From: Paraspadella gotoi
Taxonomy: Eukaryota > Animalia > Chaetognatha
NCBI GenBank assembly: GCA_051294375.1
Contig: CM119270.1
Location: 2,769,568-2,833,567 of the forward strand
Reading direction: 5' to 3'
Length of the DNA: 64,000 nt
Shown: piece after piece, positions 59,735 to 64,000 of the stretch
Position numbering within the stretch: position 1 is the stretch's first letter
How the letters are laid out: each line of letters opens with the position of its first letter
Translations under genes and position numbers: made by a program
Notes under the pieces: model-generated
What the model saw: only the letters and a program-made list of their open reading frames with translations
Databases searched by the model: none
What the model was told of the DNA's origin: nothing

Positions 59735-61513
59735 GCAATCGGGGAATCAATCATTAAAGGCAATGGGGTGAGGTCCTTCTCTCATTAGTCAGAAATTGGG
59801 GGCCGAGGGTCGAGCTCGTAGAAGAAAGTGAAAAAAGGAGGAAAGAGGAAAGGAAATAAAGAAAAAAGAAGAAAGAAAAAAAATAAATGAAACAAAAAGG
59901 TGAAAAGGTGGAAAGAGCGAAAAAAAAAAGTAGAAAAAAAAAAAGCAGGAAACAACGACGATGACGACAGAAGACCAACGACGACGACGAGCGACGACGA
60001 CGACGCTTGATGACAACAACGATGACGAAGACGACAGAAGACAACGACGAAGACAAACAACGATACAAAGACGACGCCGACGACGACAGCGACGACGCCG
60101 ACGACGACGACAAACGACGACCTCGGAACAAAGACATCCTCTCGCAAAGATGAAGGAATCTGACAAAAGCGAATAAACGATGACGCTGATAGAGACAGAG
60201 ACATTTCCCGGAGGAAGACGACGACGAAGCAAAGAGGATGAAGAGAGCGAGAGAGAAGCGATCTCTCTGACGAGTTGGTGAAAGCCTCGAGAATTTTGAA
60301 GACCGTTCCGGCCAGAGGCAGAACTCGGAATATTCCGTTGATCTCGGACTTTTTTCGTTAGGCTAATGCATTAAATCATCATTATTGAACTGATGATTGG
60401 TGATTGGTCTAAATATAATATATACCTAGAAGGTATAAAACTCTATCATCGACTCTAGTTATGTTTTCCTTTCTGGACTAAATCAGTAAATTAATTAATT
60501 AATTAATTAATATTTTCATCCTTTTATAATTTAATTAAAACTCAAACAGTAGGAGAAAAAAAAAGATATTCAAAACGTAAAGAAATTATTCCATTAATTT
60601 TCCCGAAAAAAAAAAAGGAGAAAAAGTATCGTGAAGAAAAAATATTAAAAATATGGATTTTTAAAAACTGAGTTCAGATTAAAACGAAGACGGGCTCCCA
60701 TTCTTTCTTTTCTAAAAATCCTGAATCGATTCATCCCCTAAACCGGGCTTGAAACACGGTCCGCGTGAATATTTCCACTATTTTTTATGCTTGGGTCGCG
60801 CGTTCGAGGCGTCGCCCGTCCGAAAAAGTACGACGAGAATTTTGAATAATTATTATTCTATTTTCAAATCAAAACCCGTAGAAACTTTATTTCACACGAG
60901 CAGACGCTTACAAGATTCGATTTGGATATTGAATGACACATTTTGGTACACGAGACTAAAAATTAAGTTGACATTTAAAAGCGGTTAATATCACGAATAC
61001 AAAGTGTCAATGTGATTGACCTGACGAGACGAGAGAGAGAGAGCCTAGACATTACATTAACTGGTAAACCCGAAGAATTATATTGAAATCGACAAACGAA
61101 AACCATCAGTCTGTTGTCGGCGTGCTGCAGAGACGCCGTCGGTAGCGTCGGCGGTCAACGTCGGCAGACTGTCTCGTCGGTCTGAGTCGGCGGTTTGTGT
61201 CGGTACCGGCTTTCGGTATCGTTGCCGGGTGAGAATTCTCAGCCGAGTGACAGTCATTGCTCGAGATTTATTTGACCGAGAGGAAATTAGAGACGAGACC
61301 GGAAGTTGGCCGAGAAATCTCGGCGAGAAATGCTAAGGTTAAGTTATTCGTCGGCAGAGCGAAAATGTTATGTAGACAAAACGAAAATGTGAACGAGAGA
61401 ATCGAAAGAAAATGTCAGTCGGAAATCAGATGATTGGTTGGATTGAAGATTGATGATGGGTTGATTGAAAGATTGATATCGATGGCAAAGGTCATCAGCA
61501 ATATCGTCGTCGT

Positions 61514-61554
<41 letters not shown>

Positions 61555-63118
61555 TTTAAATTAATGGGATTGCAGGTGACGTTATTTAACAACATATGGT
61601 GGACTAAAATCCACCAACCGTTCATCAGCGGCCATTGGTGCGCGGAGCAAGTCATTCGCCTCCCAACCCAAAGGTCCGGGGTTCTAGCCCGGTGGTCGCC
61701 TAGCAGTTAAGAGGGACGGGGCGCTTAACCCGCCTGTACACGGTGTTTGCTTACGCCCGATCCGAAGCTCAGGGACTGCTTATATTGAACGGTTCTGTCA
61801 TTAACATAGAACAATTTTACTGTCTCTTCAAACCCTTATTTATTTTTGGATTGACTTGTCAAACTGAAGCCAATTTTTTTTTTTGGTTTTCATTCAAAAC
61901 TAATAAGGGAGTGGTCTTTTCATCCAATTGAAACATTCTTTGAAACATTATACCACTTTACTTGATAGGAAAGCCAGTACTCTGGAAGTGAATAAACGAG
62001 ACTGTGAGAGAGTCTTGATTGAAAGCTTGCAGGGACCTGCTATGTAATTATCTTGTAAGAGTGATGGAGGCCTTACCATCAAAGCCTGTCCAAAGTCAGG
62101 GGCAAGATAAGCTTATTTATTAAATGAATGGTATAATTTTTGTATTGTTGTACCATTTCATAAAAAATAACTCCAATGGAAGAAAATTATTAACAGGGGC
62201 GATATACTACCCTACCCTATCAAATGCAAAATTTATCTCGTAGAAAGGTACAGCTTACACTATACAGTATACAGTATACACTTTACACTTTTCACTTTCC
62301 ACAGCCAATTTATTTCCTCACAAATATTTTTGGCAACGTCCAGCCTCAATTCAAAACATCAATCTTTTCGAGAGTGGGATTCTTTCCCCAGATGAAGCAA
62401 CCAGAAAAACAATCTTTGCTTTTTTATATTGTTGATTTTTATATGTGATTCTAGAATGAAACATAAAAAGTTAAATCAGTTTTGTAAACTCAATTATTCA
62501 CCGAAAGTCGATTTGCAAGAATAAGTGATAGGTTCATGGAAACTCACAAGGCAAGAATCTCATGTCAGATCGAATAATCAATTTATTTACTTATTTATTT
62601 ATTTCTTTTTAAAAAAAAAGGCCAAAGGATAGCGAAAGCAAAAAAAATAATATTGGAAGACATAAAAGAGAAATAAAATGAGGATAAAATTTTCATGAAA
62701 CAAAATAAAAGAAACGAAAATCCATCGAGATTTTTATGTGAGGAACAAGAAGGAAAGAAAATGACTACGTCGATCGGGCGGATGCAATGGAGATGGTAAT
62801 GGAGATGGCAATGGAGATGGCAATGGAGATGGCGATGGAGATGGCGATGGAGATGGCAATAGGGTTGGCAAGAAGATGGCAATAGAGATAGCAATAGGGT
62901 TGGCAATGGAGATGGAAATGGAGATGGCAATAGAGACAGCAGAGGGATGGAGTGGAGTGGCAATGGAATGGTAATGGCATGGCGATTGGATGGCAAAACA
63001 TTTCCAAATGGCATGAAGATGCCGTTCGGATGGCGAGCGAGCAAGCAGATGAAGAAGATACAAGCAGATTGCAAGGCGGAATTTGAGTTTGATGGCTCGG
63101 AGACTTGGGCGGCTGAGT

Positions 63119-63206
<88 letters not shown>

Positions 63207-63575
63207 CAGAGATGGAATAGCTGGTGTTCTTCTCGCCTCGAGACACAAGATGTCGCCAAACTTTTCGATTTGACTGACATTTTTTCTGACGCTTTTCCTG
63301 TTGGTTCTTCGATGGAATCTATGGCACAAAACGCGGACGAGAAGCGAATATTTTTGTTTACAAGGAATAAGATACATATATATTTAACTAGTCGAAAACA
63401 AACATTTATGAACAAGGAAAGGCAATATATATAATTTATATATGATGGTTTCGCATAGACAGTTTGATTTACCACTTAAAACCTCATATGCGTAATATTA
63501 TTCGCACGCCGAAAGCAATAAAACTTAAAAATAATTCTACTGGACAACCATGATAAAATATTCTCCTCACTTTGT

Positions 63576-63637
<62 letters not shown>

Positions 63638-63974
63638 TACGAAACCGCGTTTTTAATATCCTCTCGCGCGGACAATAAATTCCTTTCTCCGCCCACGGGG
63701 TTCTCGATAAATATTTTATTTATTTATTTATTTAAAATTCGGGAAAAAAAAGAAGTTTATTTCAAATTTTATCGCCTATAAAGGTTTTTGGGCGGCGGAA
63801 GTGGAACCGCCCCCTCTGCCTCCCCCTGATTCCACCCTGCCTCCCCCCTGCTTCCACCCTGCTTCCCCCTGCCTTCCCCCTGCTTCGCCCCTGCTCCCCC
63901 CTTCACCCCCCCCTTAGGCCAAGGTTCGAAAGACTTGAATTTCTGAGAAAAGCTTCTTTTTCCCTTTTTTTTAG
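59510..63974 (-). repeat. Inverted re-copy of 45187-~49660
   Basis: Reverse-complement match with scattered indels. Confidence 0.92.
61628..61699 (+). mobile_element. Mirror copy of the tRNA-Gly-derived SINE head
   Basis: gcggccattggtg...gttctagcccggtggtcgc; lies within the inverted re-copy. Confidence 0.55.
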
Positions 63975-64000
63975 CAGAATATTTTATCATGGTTGTCCAC

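Overview
Eukaryotic (metazoan, probably invertebrate) draft-genome window dominated by (AG/CT)n, (GAC/GTC)n, (GAT)n, (AAT)n and (TTCA)n microsatellites, with many N gaps and stretches that look like uncorrected long-read sequence. Nearly all ORFs in the supplied track are microsatellite translations. The one solid gene, missed by the track, is a 5-exon myosin essential (alkali) light chain on the minus strand (30468-32276, 149 aa). A second, indel-ridden partial copy lies at 58522-59484 inside a large inverted re-copy of ~31.3-49.7 kb that fills 51.2-64 kb. Mobile elements: (i) a 3.5-kb LTR-bounded element (3815-7312) with apparently non-canonical CAACG...CGTTG ends, no recognisable pol, and an internal array of LC8-type (T/I/L)QT motifs; (ii) a truncated, frameshifted BEL/Pao retrotransposon (36832-42260) absent from the second copy of the locus; (iii) a tRNA-Gly-derived SINE-like head; (iv) an inverted-repeat-bounded telomere-like repeat. 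Both reciprocal junctions of a ~410-bp inversion (45187-45600) are present, which probably explains the fold-back assembly. I see no firm evidence of a wholly new biological system. The QT-array LTR element and the invertible G-rich segment are the best leads.
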